64,000 nucleotides of DNA, from contig JAZKEQ010000009.1 of the NCBI GenBank assembly GCA_040386935.1, positions 7,435 to 71,434 on the forward strand. The letters run 5' to 3'. Position 1 is the stretch's first letter; every line of letters begins with the position of its first letter. The notes under the pieces were generated by a model. That model had not been told where the DNA came from, did no database searches, and saw only the letters and a program-made list of their open reading frames with translations. The DNA comes from Bacteroidota bacterium. GTDB lineage: Bacteria > Bacteroidota > Bacteroidia > NS11-12g > UBA955. Shown in pieces: positions 28,928-38,767 of the stretch. Made by a program: the position numbers and the translations under genes.

Positions 28928-31021
28928 ATGGCTATAATTAGTAAATTAAGAAGTTCAGGATGGGTACTGGGAATCATATTGATTTCCCTGTTGTTATTCA
29001 TATTAAGTGAGTTTTTCTCTAATATGAGTAAGTATAATTCCGGTGGAGATCAAGGCGAGGTAGGTGTTATCGCTGGCGAAAAAATTAAATTACCTGAATA
29101 CGATGCAAGATTCAAAGAGATGCTGACCCGCTACGAGCAAAATGGTCAGGTGATTGATGAAAATTCAAAAGAACAGGTTAACTCCATGGTATGGAATCAA
29201 TACATACAGGATAAAATCATCAAAAAGGAATATGAAAAACTTGGATTAACAGTTTCACCTGATGAAGCTGCTGTATTATTGTATTCTAATGATGCGCATG
29301 AAATGACTAAAAGATATTTCAGCTCTGAAACAGGTTTTGATCCCAATAATGTTATCAGATTTAGAGAACAAGCCAAGAAAAATTCTTCTTTAATGGTACA
29401 GTTTGAAGCAATAGTTGAACAAATTATCCTTGAAACCCAAACCAGAAAGTACAATTCAATTATTTCAAAATCTTTATATGCAACATCGCTTGATGCAGAA
29501 GATGATTATTATAACAACACCACACAGGCTAAAGGTAAAATAGTTACTTTGAATTACATCAGTATACCTGATAAAGATATTAAAGTTACTGATGCTGAAA
29601 TGCAGGATTATATCAATAAGCATAAAGATGATTTCAAACAAGAAGAAGCAAGAGATATTGAATATGCGTCATGGAATATTGCAGCTTCTAAGGAAGATAC
29701 CCTTGCTACTAAAGAAGATTTGATGAAAGATATTAAGGGTTTTGCAACTACTGAAGATGACTCATCATTTGTCGCTTTGAATAATGGAACATATGATAAT
29801 TCATATAAGCCACAAGGTAGCTATCCAAAAGAATTTGCTGATTTGATATTTAACGCACCGAAAGATTCTGTATTAGGTCCAATTTACTCAAGGGGGTATT
29901 TCAGTTTATTGAAAGTAACCGGTATTAAAGACGATTCAGTGAGTTATATACATGCGGTGAAATGCGAAGTGCCTGTAAAAGGAATCACCAAACAAGATAC
30001 TTTGGATGCGATTAATAATGCAAAAGCTTTGCTCGGTCCTTTAAAAGCCAGCGACAATGCATTGGAATTTATGTTAGCAAAATCAGGTGATGGTTTAACC
30101 ACCAACCCTTATGATATGGGGTGGTTCCAGGAAGGCACACAACCAAAAGAAATAAATAATGCATTGAAAGGTTTAGGCAATGGTGATGCAACTGTTGTTA
30201 AGTCAATTTTTGGTGTGTCAATTATAAAAGTAGTATCACCAAAATCACGTAAACTGATTCAATTAGCAGAAGTAAAACGTTTAGTTGAACCTATGCAAAG
30301 TACAAAAGATGCTGTTTATACCAAAGCAAGCAATTTTAGAAGCTCACTGACTGATGAGAAAGTTGATTTTGAAAAAATGACTACAAAAGCAGGTGTTGCA
30401 AAAAGTATTGCTAAAGATATCAAAGAGAAAGACAAAATGATTGTCGGTATTCCTGAAGCAGGCGAAATTGTAAGATGGTTATTTAATGAAGAACGTAAAG
30501 AAGGAGAGTTTTCTGATGTATTTACTGTTTCAGACCGAAACATTGTTATTCGTTTAGTTAAAATAAAGAGTGAGGGAACCCAATCAGTAGATGACGCCAG
30601 AGAAACAGTAGAAAGACTGGTTAGAAATGAAAAGAAAGCTGAAAAATTAAAAGCTGATTTAGATAAAGTACTTAAAACAGCGAAAACAATTGAAGATGTA
30701 GCAATAGGTGTTAAGTCAATTGCACAACCACTCGATGGATTAACGTTTATGTCAACGAATGTGCCTTTTGCAGGCAGCGATTCTAAAATTGTTGGTTATA
30801 TTTTTGGAAGTAAACCAAATCAATTGACTAAGCCATTTGTTAGTAAAGACGGTGTGCATGTAGCTTTTGTAGAAAGTTTCTCAAAACCTGAATTACCTAC
30901 AACACTTAGCTCAAGAAAACAAATTCTATATATGGAACAAAAAGGCCGTATTTATGATATTGTGTTTAATGCTTTAAAAAAGGCAATGGATGTAAAAGAT
31001 TACAGATTCAGATACTATTAA
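28928..31021 (+). CDS. PpiD/SurA-like periplasmic chaperone (peptidyl-prolyl isomerase family)
   Basis: N-terminal membrane anchor GWVLGIILISLLLFILS, SurA-N-like region, central parvulin-like segment. 697 aa, the typical Bacteroidota PpiD size. Confidence 0.6.
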   Translation: MAIISKLRSSGWVLGIILISLLLFILSEFFSNMSKYNSGGDQGEVGVIAGEKIKLPEYDARFKEMLTRYEQNGQVIDENSKEQVNSMVWNQYIQDKIIKKEYEKLGLTVSPDEAAVLLYSNDAHEMTKRYFSSETGFDPNNVIRFREQAKKNSSLMVQFEAIVEQIILETQTRKYNSIISKSLYATSLDAEDDYYNNTTQAKGKIVTLNYISIPDKDIKVTDAEMQDYINKHKDDFKQEEARDIEYASWNIAASKEDTLATKEDLMKDIKGFATTEDDSSFVALNNGTYDNSYKPQGSYPKEFADLIFNAPKDSVLGPIYSRGYFSLLKVTGIKDDSVSYIHAVKCEVPVKGITKQDTLDAINNAKALLGPLKASDNALEFMLAKSGDGLTTNPYDMGWFQEGTQPKEINNALKGLGNGDATVVKSIFGVSIIKVVSPKSRKLIQLAEVKRLVEPMQSTKDAVYTKASNFRSSLTDEKVDFEKMTTKAGVAKSIAKDIKEKDKMIVGIPEAGEIVRWLFNEERKEGEFSDVFTVSDRNIVIRLVKIKSEGTQSVDDARETVERLVRNEKKAEKLKADLDKVLKTAKTIEDVAIGVKSIAQPLDGLTFMSTNVPFAGSDSKIVGYIFGSKPNQLTKPFVSKDGVHVAFVESFSKPELPTTLSSRKQILYMEQKGRIYDIVFNALKKAMDVKDYRFRYY

Positions 31022-31046
31022 TCAATAGTGTAGATATTGTTAAAAA

Positions 31047-31075
31047 TGCCGTTCAATTTTGAACGGCATTTTTGT
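31047..31075 (+). terminator. Rho-independent terminator after the ppiD-like gene
   Basis: ATGCCGTTCAA / TTGAACGGCAT perfect 11-bp arms followed by TTTT. An A-run lies upstream. Confidence 0.75.
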
Positions 31076-31250
31076 TGTATAGTATGTTGTGCATTGGCTT
31101 TTGATTCATGTGTAGTTGATAAAAAAATGAAATAAAGCAACAGATCATTTAGCCTTAACTTTCACTTTCCCTCTAGTGTAAGAAGTAAAAGGATTAGGGC
31201 TATTTTGTAAATACAAAGGTTTTACTTGGTTTTAACTCAAATAATTTCTT

Positions 31251-31258
31251 TATTTTTG
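31251..31258 (+). promoter_or_regulatory. Candidate -7 box (TAnnTTTG) for ORF 31281 and the mutase operon
   Basis: TATTTTTG, 22 nt upstream of the ATG. Confidence 0.35.
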
Positions 31259-31280
31259 CGTTATACATACTCATCTTATC

Positions 31281-31814
31281 ATGGACCCGTTATTACAAAC
31301 CCTGCTCGATATAGTTAAATATATCATCCCTTCTATTGTTGTATTCCTTGTGTGCTATGTTATCATCAATAAGGTAATGGAAGATCATACCAACCGTTTG
31401 CAACTTGAATTGAGAAAGACAACTGCAAGCCAATTAACCCCTTTAAAATTGCAGGCATATGAAAGAATGATATTGTTTCTGGAGCGAATAAGTCCTCAGA
31501 ATTTGATACTGCAATATAACGATGGCAGTAATTCAGCTAATGGGTTGAAACACCTCATCGAAGCAGCTGTTAATCAGGAATTCAATCACAATCTTTCTCA
31601 ACAAATTTATATCAGCAATCAAGCCTGGAACATCATCAAGGTAGTGAAAGAAGAAGTGATTCAACTAATGCATACAACATTTAGTAGTATGAAATCTGAT
31701 GCAACAGGAGTTGAATTTTCAAAAGCACTGGTCGATAAAATGATTGCTGAAAACAGAGTGCCAACTCAAAAAGCCATCGACTTTTTAAAAGCTGAAATTA
31801 ATCTTTACTTCTAA
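31281..31814 (+). CDS. Single-pass membrane protein, unknown function
   Basis: 177 aa with N-terminal [17 protein letters not shown]. Its stop overlaps the start of the mutase gene. Confidence 0.45.
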   Translation: MDPLLQTLLDIVKYIIPSIVVFLVCYVIINKVMEDHTNRLQLELRKTTASQLTPLKLQAYERMILFLERISPQNLILQYNDGSNSANGLKHLIEAAVNQEFNHNLSQQIYISNQAWNIIKVVKEEVIQLMHTTFSSMKSDATGVEFSKALVDKMIAENRVPTQKAIDFLKAEINLYF

Positions 31815-33370
31815 TGTCAGAATCTACAAAGATTACGACCGATAGTGGAATAGAAATACAACCTGTTTACACAGGTCCGGTTATTATGGATGAAGTACCG
31901 GGAAAGTTTCCTTTTACACGTGGTGTAAGAGAGGATATGTACCGCGGCAAATTATGGACAATGCGCCAATATGCCGGATTCTCAACAGCTGAAGAGTCGA
32001 ATAAGCGTTACCATTATTTGTTGAAACAAGGTACAATGGGATTGTCAGTTGCTTTTGATTTGCCAACACAGATTGGGTACGACAGTTCACATGCTTTTTC
32101 AGAAGGCGAAGTAGGAAAGGTAGGCGTAGCAATAGATTCACTGAAAGATATTGAAATACTTTTTGATAATATCAAGCTTCAGGACATCACAACAAGTATG
32201 ACAATTAATGCCACAGCATCAACACTGTTGGCCATGTATATTGCACTGGCAAAAAAACAAAATGCCGACCTGAGTAAAATTTCAGGGACCATACAAAATG
32301 ACATATTGAAAGAGTATGCTGCTAGAGGAACTTATATCTACCCACCTCAACAAAGCATGCGTTTAATTACTGATGTTTTTGAATATTGCAGCAAAGAAGT
32401 ACCTAAGTGGAACACCATTTCAATATCGGGCTACCATATCAGAGAGGCCGGTAGTACAGCAGTTCAGGAGTTAGCTTTTACACTTGCAAATGGCAAATCG
32501 TATGTAAAAGCTGCGCTGGAAAAAGGACTGGATATTAATGTATTTGCTAAACGTTTATCGTTCTTTTTTAATGCGCATAATAACATGTTCGAAGAGGTTG
32601 CCAAATTCAGAGCAGCCAGAAGAATGTGGGCCAATATTACAAAATCATTAGGTGCTACTGATGCTCAGGCTCAAATGTTGCGCTTTCATACTCAAACAGG
32701 CGGCTCAACCTTAACCGCACAGCAACCTGAAAATAATATTATAAGAGTAACGGTTCAGGCAATGTCTGCAGTACTGGGTGGTACCCAAAGTTTGCATACC
32801 AACGGGTTTGATGAAGCGCTAAGTTTGCCAACAGAAAATGCCGCACGCACAGCTTTGAGAACACAACAGATTATTGGTTTTGAAAGTGGTATCACTCAAA
32901 CAGTGGATCCACTGGCCGGTAGTTATTATGTAGAAGCATTAACCAATGAAATAGAAGCACAGGCCTATAAATATATTGAAACAATAGATGCTATGGGAGG
33001 CAGTGTTTCTGCTATTGAACAAGGTTATATTCAAAATGAAATCGCAAGCAGCGCTTATCAGTACCAGCAAAATATTGAAAACCAAAGTAAGATAATTGTA
33101 GGGGTAAATAAGTACACAGCAGAAGAAATAAATAAAACACCTGTTTTCAGAATTGATGACAGCATAAGGAAAATTCAGATGGATAAAATTGCTCAATTAA
33201 AGAGTGAAAGAAACCAAACTGAAGTTGATAAAAACTTAAATGAACTAAAACAAGCAGCAATAGATAATAGTAATGTAATGCCTTTTATTATTAGCAGTGT
33301 AGAGAGTTATGCAACACTTGGAGAAATTGCAGATGTGTTAAGAAATGTATTCGGTGAATACAAAGGGTAA
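31814..33370 (+). CDS. Methylmalonyl-CoA mutase family catalytic (large) subunit without a B12-binding domain
   Basis: FPFTRGV...[25 protein letters not shown] and [16 protein letters not shown] signatures. 518 aa ending before any DxHxxG cobalamin domain. Confidence 0.85.
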   Translation: MSESTKITTDSGIEIQPVYTGPVIMDEVPGKFPFTRGVREDMYRGKLWTMRQYAGFSTAEESNKRYHYLLKQGTMGLSVAFDLPTQIGYDSSHAFSEGEVGKVGVAIDSLKDIEILFDNIKLQDITTSMTINATASTLLAMYIALAKKQNADLSKISGTIQNDILKEYAARGTYIYPPQQSMRLITDVFEYCSKEVPKWNTISISGYHIREAGSTAVQELAFTLANGKSYVKAALEKGLDINVFAKRLSFFFNAHNNMFEEVAKFRAARRMWANITKSLGATDAQAQMLRFHTQTGGSTLTAQQPENNIIRVTVQAMSAVLGGTQSLHTNGFDEALSLPTENAARTALRTQQIIGFESGITQTVDPLAGSYYVEALTNEIEAQAYKYIETIDAMGGSVSAIEQGYIQNEIASSAYQYQQNIENQSKIIVGVNKYTAEEINKTPVFRIDDSIRKIQMDKIAQLKSERNQTEVDKNLNELKQAAIDNSNVMPFIISSVESYATLGEIADVLRNVFGEYKG

Positions 33371-33652
33371 GTCAATTGTATTATTTTTTTCAGCAGCTGT
33401 TCAACGCATTGTTGATTAAAAAAATAAAACGTTGAAAAATATTTTTCTTAACATATATTTGGCACATTGTTAGTATTATGATAGATGTTACTTAATCGTA
33501 AATCAACAACAAAATTTCCCTTTTTATGTAAAAAAAAAATTGTATTTTCAACATAAAAAAATTTTTTTAACAACTATTTTTGAACGTTATTTCAGAATTG
33601 AATTCAATTCTATACAGTATACAACAATAACTTGATAATCAGTAATATATAA
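33371..33652. other. Candidate oriC segment upstream of dnaA
   Basis: 282-bp non-coding AT-rich spacer next to dnaA. It has seven copies, in both orientations, of a TTTTCAACA-like 9-mer (33399-33406, 33409-33417, 33430-33438, 33501-33509, 33545-33553, 33565-33573, 33578-33586). It also has long A/T tracts (33531-33539, 33555-33570). Confidence 0.4.
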
Positions 33653-35101
33653 ATGAACATGAGTGGACAACAACTAAACGCGGAATCAGTTTGGGCAAAT
33701 TGCCTAAAAATAATTAAAGACAATCTTAATCCACAAAGTTTCAAAACATGGTTTGACCCCATCAAATCAATTAAATTAGAAAATAAAATTTTAACCATAC
33801 AAGTTCCTAGTCAGTTTTTTTATGAATGGTTAGAAGAGCACTATGTAACTTTACTTCAAAAAACATTGAAGCAGGTTTTGGGTGTAGGTGCAAAACTGGA
33901 ATACAATATCATTGTAGAAAACAGCACACCGTCATCAGGTCCATATACAATCAATGTGCCAACAGGTAATGGTAGAAAACCTGTAACGAATGAAGTGAAT
34001 CTTCCAATCAATGTTACCAATAACATTAAAAATCCTTTCATCATTCCGGGTTTAAGAAAAGTGCCAATTGATTCACAATTAAATCCTAAATATACTTTCG
34101 ATAATTTTATAGAAGGTGAATGTAACAGATTAGCAAGAGGAGCAGGTTGGGCAGTAGCGCACAATCCGGGAGGCACGGCTTACAATCCATTGATGATTTT
34201 TGGTGGAGTAGGTTTGGGTAAAACTCACCTTGTACATGCCATCGGAAATCTGATAAAACAAATCAATAAAAACAAAACGGTTATTTATATTTCTGCTGAG
34301 CGTTTCATCAATCAATATGTTGAATCAGTAAAAGCAAATAATCAAAATGACTTTGTGAATTTTTATCAGAACATGGATGTGCTCATCGTGGATGATGTTC
34401 ATCAGTTTTCACAAAAAACAAGAACACAGGAAATATTCTTTACAATTTTCAATCAACTGCATCAGGCAGGTAAGCAAATCATTTTAACAAGTGATAAAGC
34501 GCCTAAAGATATTAAAGATGTAGACGAAAGATTATTGTCTCGTTTCAAATGGGGATTGTCAGCCGACTTAAACGTACCTGATTTTGAAACCCGTATTGCC
34601 ATACTTGAAAACAAAGCTTACGAAAGTGGTTTGTCATTGCATCGCGAAGTTGTTGAATACATCGCACATAATATCGATAGCAATGTAAGAGAAATAGAAG
34701 GCGCATTGATTTCATTGTTGGCACAAAGTTCGTTGAATCGCAAAGAAATTGATCTTGATTTAGCGAAACAAATGATGAAGAATTTCGTAAAAAACGCAAC
34801 ACGCGAAATCAGCATCGATTACATTCAAAAACTGGTATGCGATTATTACAACGTATCAGTTGAAAATGTTAAATCAAAAACACGTAAACGCGAAATAGTA
34901 CAAGCACGCCAAATTGCTATGTACTTTGCAAAAGATTTAACCAAAGCGTCATTGAAGAATATCGGAACGCATTTCGGTAATCGCGACCACAGTACAGTTA
35001 TTCACGCTTGTCAAACAGTAAATGATTTAATGGACACTGATAAAAAGTTCAGACACGATGTAGATGAATTGAACAAACGCATCCGTATCAATACCTATTA
35101 A
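33653..35101 (+). CDS. dnaA: Chromosomal replication initiator protein
   Basis: WANCLKIIKDNLNPQSFKTWF N-terminus. Walker A GGVGLGKTHL, Walker B LIVDDVH. C-terminal DNA-binding RQIAMYFAKDLT...IGTHFGNRDHSTVIHA. Confidence 0.95.
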   Translation: MNMSGQQLNAESVWANCLKIIKDNLNPQSFKTWFDPIKSIKLENKILTIQVPSQFFYEWLEEHYVTLLQKTLKQVLGVGAKLEYNIIVENSTPSSGPYTINVPTGNGRKPVTNEVNLPINVTNNIKNPFIIPGLRKVPIDSQLNPKYTFDNFIEGECNRLARGAGWAVAHNPGGTAYNPLMIFGGVGLGKTHLVHAIGNLIKQINKNKTVIYISAERFINQYVESVKANNQNDFVNFYQNMDVLIVDDVHQFSQKTRTQEIFFTIFNQLHQAGKQIILTSDKAPKDIKDVDERLLSRFKWGLSADLNVPDFETRIAILENKAYESGLSLHREVVEYIAHNIDSNVREIEGALISLLAQSSLNRKEIDLDLAKQMMKNFVKNATREISIDYIQKLVCDYYNVSVENVKSKTRKREIVQARQIAMYFAKDLTKASLKNIGTHFGNRDHSTVIHACQTVNDLMDTDKKFRHDVDELNKRIRINTY

Positions 35102-35128
35102 TTTCCATATAAAAATAAACCTATAAAG

Positions 35129-35162
35129 AATCCCGCATCAATCTATTTGGTGCGGGATTTTT
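35129..35162 (+). terminator. Rho-independent terminator after dnaA
   Basis: AATCCCGCA (35129-35137) pairs with TGCGGGATT (35151-35159), followed by a T-run. Confidence 0.7.
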
Positions 35163-35331
35163 CTAGATGAAAAATTCTGTCAATCAATTCATGGAAAAAC
35201 AGTCAATTTTTGATGTCCTTTTTTGAGGAAAAAATGCCTCTTTTAGCTAGTCAGCACAATATTTTTCAAAAAAATTTGTTGTATATTAAAATTTCGTGCA
35301 TATTTGTAAATCATACTGTACCCATCAGCCC

Positions 35332-36423
35332 ATGAAAAAAACCTTACAATCTCTCGTATTAGCTGCGGCCCTGCTAGGTCCTGCAAGCTTACTGAAGGCC
35401 CAACAGGATCCTTATGTAACCCATTACATGTTCAATAGATCGATGTATAATCCTGGTGCTATTGGAGCCGGTGGACATTTTTGTTTATCAGCCATGTCTC
35501 ACTATCAGTATACGGGTTTTGAGGATAGAACACCTGAGTTTCATACACAGAGTGGTGTGGAAAATAAGCCTGTGAAAAGCGTGGGACCAAAAACACAAAT
35601 GTTTGCTTTCAGTGCACCTTTGAATTTCGGTTCAAATCCCGATGGCAGCCACAGAAATTTTGGTGGATTAGGTATAGGTTTTACAAACGATAAATTGGGT
35701 TATGAGTTCAGTACCAATGTTAAGCTTCAGGCTTGTGGTCGTTTACCATTGTCAAATGGTGGCGCTATTGCATTGGGTTTGGAATATAACTTTCTTCAAA
35801 AAGGGGTTAGAGGCAATCAATTGTTGCCATTGGCGCCTTTTGATCCTTTGATACCTACTTCAAATGTTTCACAGGTAAAAGGCAATTATACAGCAGGTGT
35901 ATACTACCACAACCCACTTTCAAACAGTGCAACTTGGAAAGATGCCTGGGGTGGTCTATCTGCTTCTAATTTGAAAAAGCAAAATTATATAATTGGGGGT
36001 GGTAATTGGGCTTATACCAATACAGAGATGCACGTATATGCAATGGGAGGCGCTACCAAAACAGATTTTTTGGGAAACCCTGATTTAGAGCTATTGCCAT
36101 CTGCTATGATGAAGTTTAAAACAGTATTCCAATTGGATGCGACAGCTTTGGTGAGATATCAAAGCAAACTATGGGGGGGGTTGGCTTACCGTTCTACAAG
36201 TGATGCCATTTCTGTAATGTTGGGTTATTCAGGCTTTACCGGTAAATTCCAGGGTTTGAGAATCGGTTACTCTTATGACTTAACGATGACAAAAATTATT
36301 AATGTTTCAAGTGGTACACATGAGTTGCAACTCAACTATTGTTTCGATATTAAAATATTGCCACCGCCAATCAAAAGAATATTGAATCCCAGACACTTAG
36401 ATAAAAATCCTGACCTAGATTAA
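35332..36423 (+). CDS. porP: PorP/SprF family T9SS membrane protein
   Basis: Signal peptide followed by the family signature AQQDPYVTHYMFNRSMYNPGAIG. Located directly upstream of gldK. The ATG at 35332 is preferred. Confidence 0.8.
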   Translation: MKKTLQSLVLAAALLGPASLLKAQQDPYVTHYMFNRSMYNPGAIGAGGHFCLSAMSHYQYTGFEDRTPEFHTQSGVENKPVKSVGPKTQMFAFSAPLNFGSNPDGSHRNFGGLGIGFTNDKLGYEFSTNVKLQACGRLPLSNGGAIALGLEYNFLQKGVRGNQLLPLAPFDPLIPTSNVSQVKGNYTAGVYYHNPLSNSATWKDAWGGLSASNLKKQNYIIGGGNWAYTNTEMHVYAMGGATKTDFLGNPDLELLPSAMMKFKTVFQLDATALVRYQSKLWGGLAYRSTSDAISVMLGYSGFTGKFQGLRIGYSYDLTMTKIINVSSGTHELQLNYCFDIKILPPPIKRILNPRHLDKNPDLD

Positions 36424-36506
36424 TTTTTTTTTCCTATCGATACAATAAACCGGATATTTTTAACGTTACCCTCTGTACAAGTTGTTGACATTTGTTCAAA
36501 ACTTTG

Positions 36507-36514
36507 TACATTTG
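36507..36514 (+). promoter_or_regulatory. Candidate -7 box (TAnnTTTG) for gldKLMN
   Basis: TACATTTG, 45 nt upstream of the gldK ATG, in the porP-gldK spacer. Confidence 0.35.
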
Positions 36515-36559
36515 CAAATTAACACACACATACTATACCTATAAAATTTCAGAATTAAC

Positions 36560-37972
36560 ATGATTAAATTAAACGCTAAAGTTGTCGAGAGCAGTGAAAT
36601 GCTGACAACGAACAAACAAAGTAGATGGCGAAAGGCTTTAGGATTCGCAAGAATTCTGGTTGCTTTTGGCTTGTTTACCTTCGTTGGTTGCGGACCCCGC
36701 AATACAGGAGATTTAATTGGTGTTCAGGGCCGTGGATTATGGTTTCACCCTCAGCCTTTCGGCACGGTGTACATCCCATCAGGCACATACCATTCAGGAC
36801 AAAGCGATCAGGACGTATTTCAGTCGTTCGTAGCACCTAACAAACAGGTGAGTATCGTTGCTTTCTGGATGGATGAAACTGAGATCACCAACAATGAATA
36901 CCGTCAATTCGTAAATTTCGTAATTGACTCTATCAAACGTGTAATGACTGCTAAAGAGGAATATTTTATTCCATTTACGGATGATTATACAGGCGATCAG
37001 AATGTGAACCAAGGCTATGGTTTCATCAATTATGATGTTGAACCTGATTGGTCATTACAAGATAATATTGAAGCATTAGAGCCTTTGTATTACAGTGCTG
37101 ATGAGCGTTTCAGAGGTAAAAAGCAAATAGACGTGAACCAATTGAATTATTCTTATGAGTGGTTCGACTTTGTTTACGCAGCTAATGACGTAGAAAATCA
37201 GGATAAATACCAAGAAGGTAGAGTGAAAAACCGTAGAAAGTATATCAAAAAGGAAAATACATTGGTATATCCTGATACACTTTGTTGGGTGAGAGACTTT
37301 ACTTATTCTTATAACGATCCTATGGCTCGTCATTACTTCAATCACGTGAAATATGATGATTATCCGGTAGTAGGTGTAAACTGGCACCAGGCTCAGGCTT
37401 TCAGCGCTTGGCGTACTATTTACAAAAACACATACTGGGAATCTTATGACGAACCTTTAACTGAAGATTTTAGATTGCCAACAGAATACGAGTGGGAATA
37501 TGCAGCGCGTGGTGGTAGAATAGGTAACCCATACCCATGGGGAGGTCCTTATACCAGAAACAGTAAAGGTTGTATGTTAGCTAACTTCAAACCATTAAGA
37601 GGTAACTATGGTGCTGACGGTGGTATGTATCCGGTAAGAGTTGACAGTTATTTTCCTAACGATTTCGGTCTGTACAACATGGCCGGTAACGTAGCAGAGT
37701 GGACTGTTAATGCCTGGAGCGAACAATCACATGCATTTACCCATGACCTTAACCCTGATTACAGAATCTCTGTTCCTGAAACAGGTGATGTAGCAAAGAA
37801 TACCAGTATCACAATGAAACGTAAAGTTATTAAAGGCGGAAGCTGGAAAGACGTTGCTTATTTCATTCAGAATGGTAGCAGAACCTACGAGTATCAGGAT
37901 ACTTCTAAGAGTTATGTTGGATTCCGTTGTATACAAAATTACATTGGACGTTCAAATAAAGACAGGAAGTAA
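36560..37972 (+). CDS. gldK: Gliding motility/T9SS lipoprotein GldK (PorK), FGE-sulfatase fold
   Basis: Lipobox FVGCG. FGE-like motifs ETEITNNEYRQF, VVGVNWHQAQAF, LPTEYEWEYAARGG, GNVAEWT, KGGSW. Operon position matches. Start could also be the ATG at 36599. Confidence 0.9.
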   Translation: MIKLNAKVVESSEMLTTNKQSRWRKALGFARILVAFGLFTFVGCGPRNTGDLIGVQGRGLWFHPQPFGTVYIPSGTYHSGQSDQDVFQSFVAPNKQVSIVAFWMDETEITNNEYRQFVNFVIDSIKRVMTAKEEYFIPFTDDYTGDQNVNQGYGFINYDVEPDWSLQDNIEALEPLYYSADERFRGKKQIDVNQLNYSYEWFDFVYAANDVENQDKYQEGRVKNRRKYIKKENTLVYPDTLCWVRDFTYSYNDPMARHYFNHVKYDDYPVVGVNWHQAQAFSAWRTIYKNTYWESYDEPLTEDFRLPTEYEWEYAARGGRIGNPYPWGGPYTRNSKGCMLANFKPLRGNYGADGGMYPVRVDSYFPNDFGLYNMAGNVAEWTVNAWSEQSHAFTHDLNPDYRISVPETGDVAKNTSITMKRKVIKGGSWKDVAYFIQNGSRTYEYQDTSKSYVGFRCIQNYIGRSNKDRK

Positions 37973-38065
37973 CACAATAAATAACCTTTTATAGCGTTAT
38001 TAGAAACCAAGCAACACAACAAATTAACAATAAACATTAACCTAAAAACAAACAAAAAAAAGATC

Positions 38066-38731
38066 ATGAGCAGCAACAGCATTTTCGAAAGTAAAGGATT
38101 TAAAAAAGTAATGGCTTACATTTACGGATGGGGAGCTTCAGTAGTAATCATAGGCGCATTATTTAAGATTATGCACTGGCCGGGAGCCGATGCGATGCTT
38201 ATTGCGGGTCTTGGTACCGAAGCAATCATTTTCTTCATCTCTGTATTCGAGCCAATACACGCAGAATACGATTGGAGTTTAGTATACCCTGAATTAGCAG
38301 GTATGGAACCAACAGAAAAGAAAGCAAAAGCATCAGGTACAATTTCACAACAATTGGATAAAATGCTGGCAGAAGCTAAAGTAGGTCCGGAATTAATCGG
38401 CAGCCTTGGCAACGGTTTGAAATCATTGAGCGATAACGTAAAAGAAATGTCTACTTTGAGCAACGCAACAGTAGCAACTAACGAGTATACTGCTAACATC
38501 GGTAAAGCTTCTAAAGCTATCGAGTCTATCGGTAACACTTCAACAGAAATCAGTTCATCCATGGCTTCATTTGCAGGTGGTCTTACCAACATGGTAAACA
38601 ACTTGTCAGCTACAGCTAACGACAGCGTAGAATTTAAAGATAATTTAGGAAAACTGAATAAAAACCTTGGTAGCTTGAACACCGTTTACGGTAACATGTT
38701 AAGCGCTATGGGCGGTGCTACTAAAAACTAA
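38066..38731 (+). CDS. gldL: Gliding motility/T9SS protein GldL (PorL)
   Basis: Two N-terminal TM helices in the typical context YGWGASVVIIGALFKIMHWPGA...GLGTEAIIFFISVFEP. 221 aa. Confidence 0.9.
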   Translation: MSSNSIFESKGFKKVMAYIYGWGASVVIIGALFKIMHWPGADAMLIAGLGTEAIIFFISVFEPIHAEYDWSLVYPELAGMEPTEKKAKASGTISQQLDKMLAEAKVGPELIGSLGNGLKSLSDNVKEMSTLSNATVATNEYTANIGKASKAIESIGNTSTEISSSMASFAGGLTNMVNNLSATANDSVEFKDNLGKLNKNLGSLNTVYGNMLSAMGGATKN

Positions 38732-38767
38732 TTGTACATTAATCATAAAGAAAGGAGAAACTGAATA

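Noticed and set aside
33459-33473. TGGCAC-N5-TTAGT sigma-54-like element upstream of dnaA
   Set aside because: The spacing is correct, but the -12 GC is GT and the preceding T is A. It lies inside the candidate origin, where sigma-54 control is implausible.
38122-38682. 186-aa ORF antisense to gldL
   Set aside because: It lies entirely within the confidently identified gldL gene on the opposite strand. Its low-complexity composition mirrors the gldL codons, and it has no independent start context.
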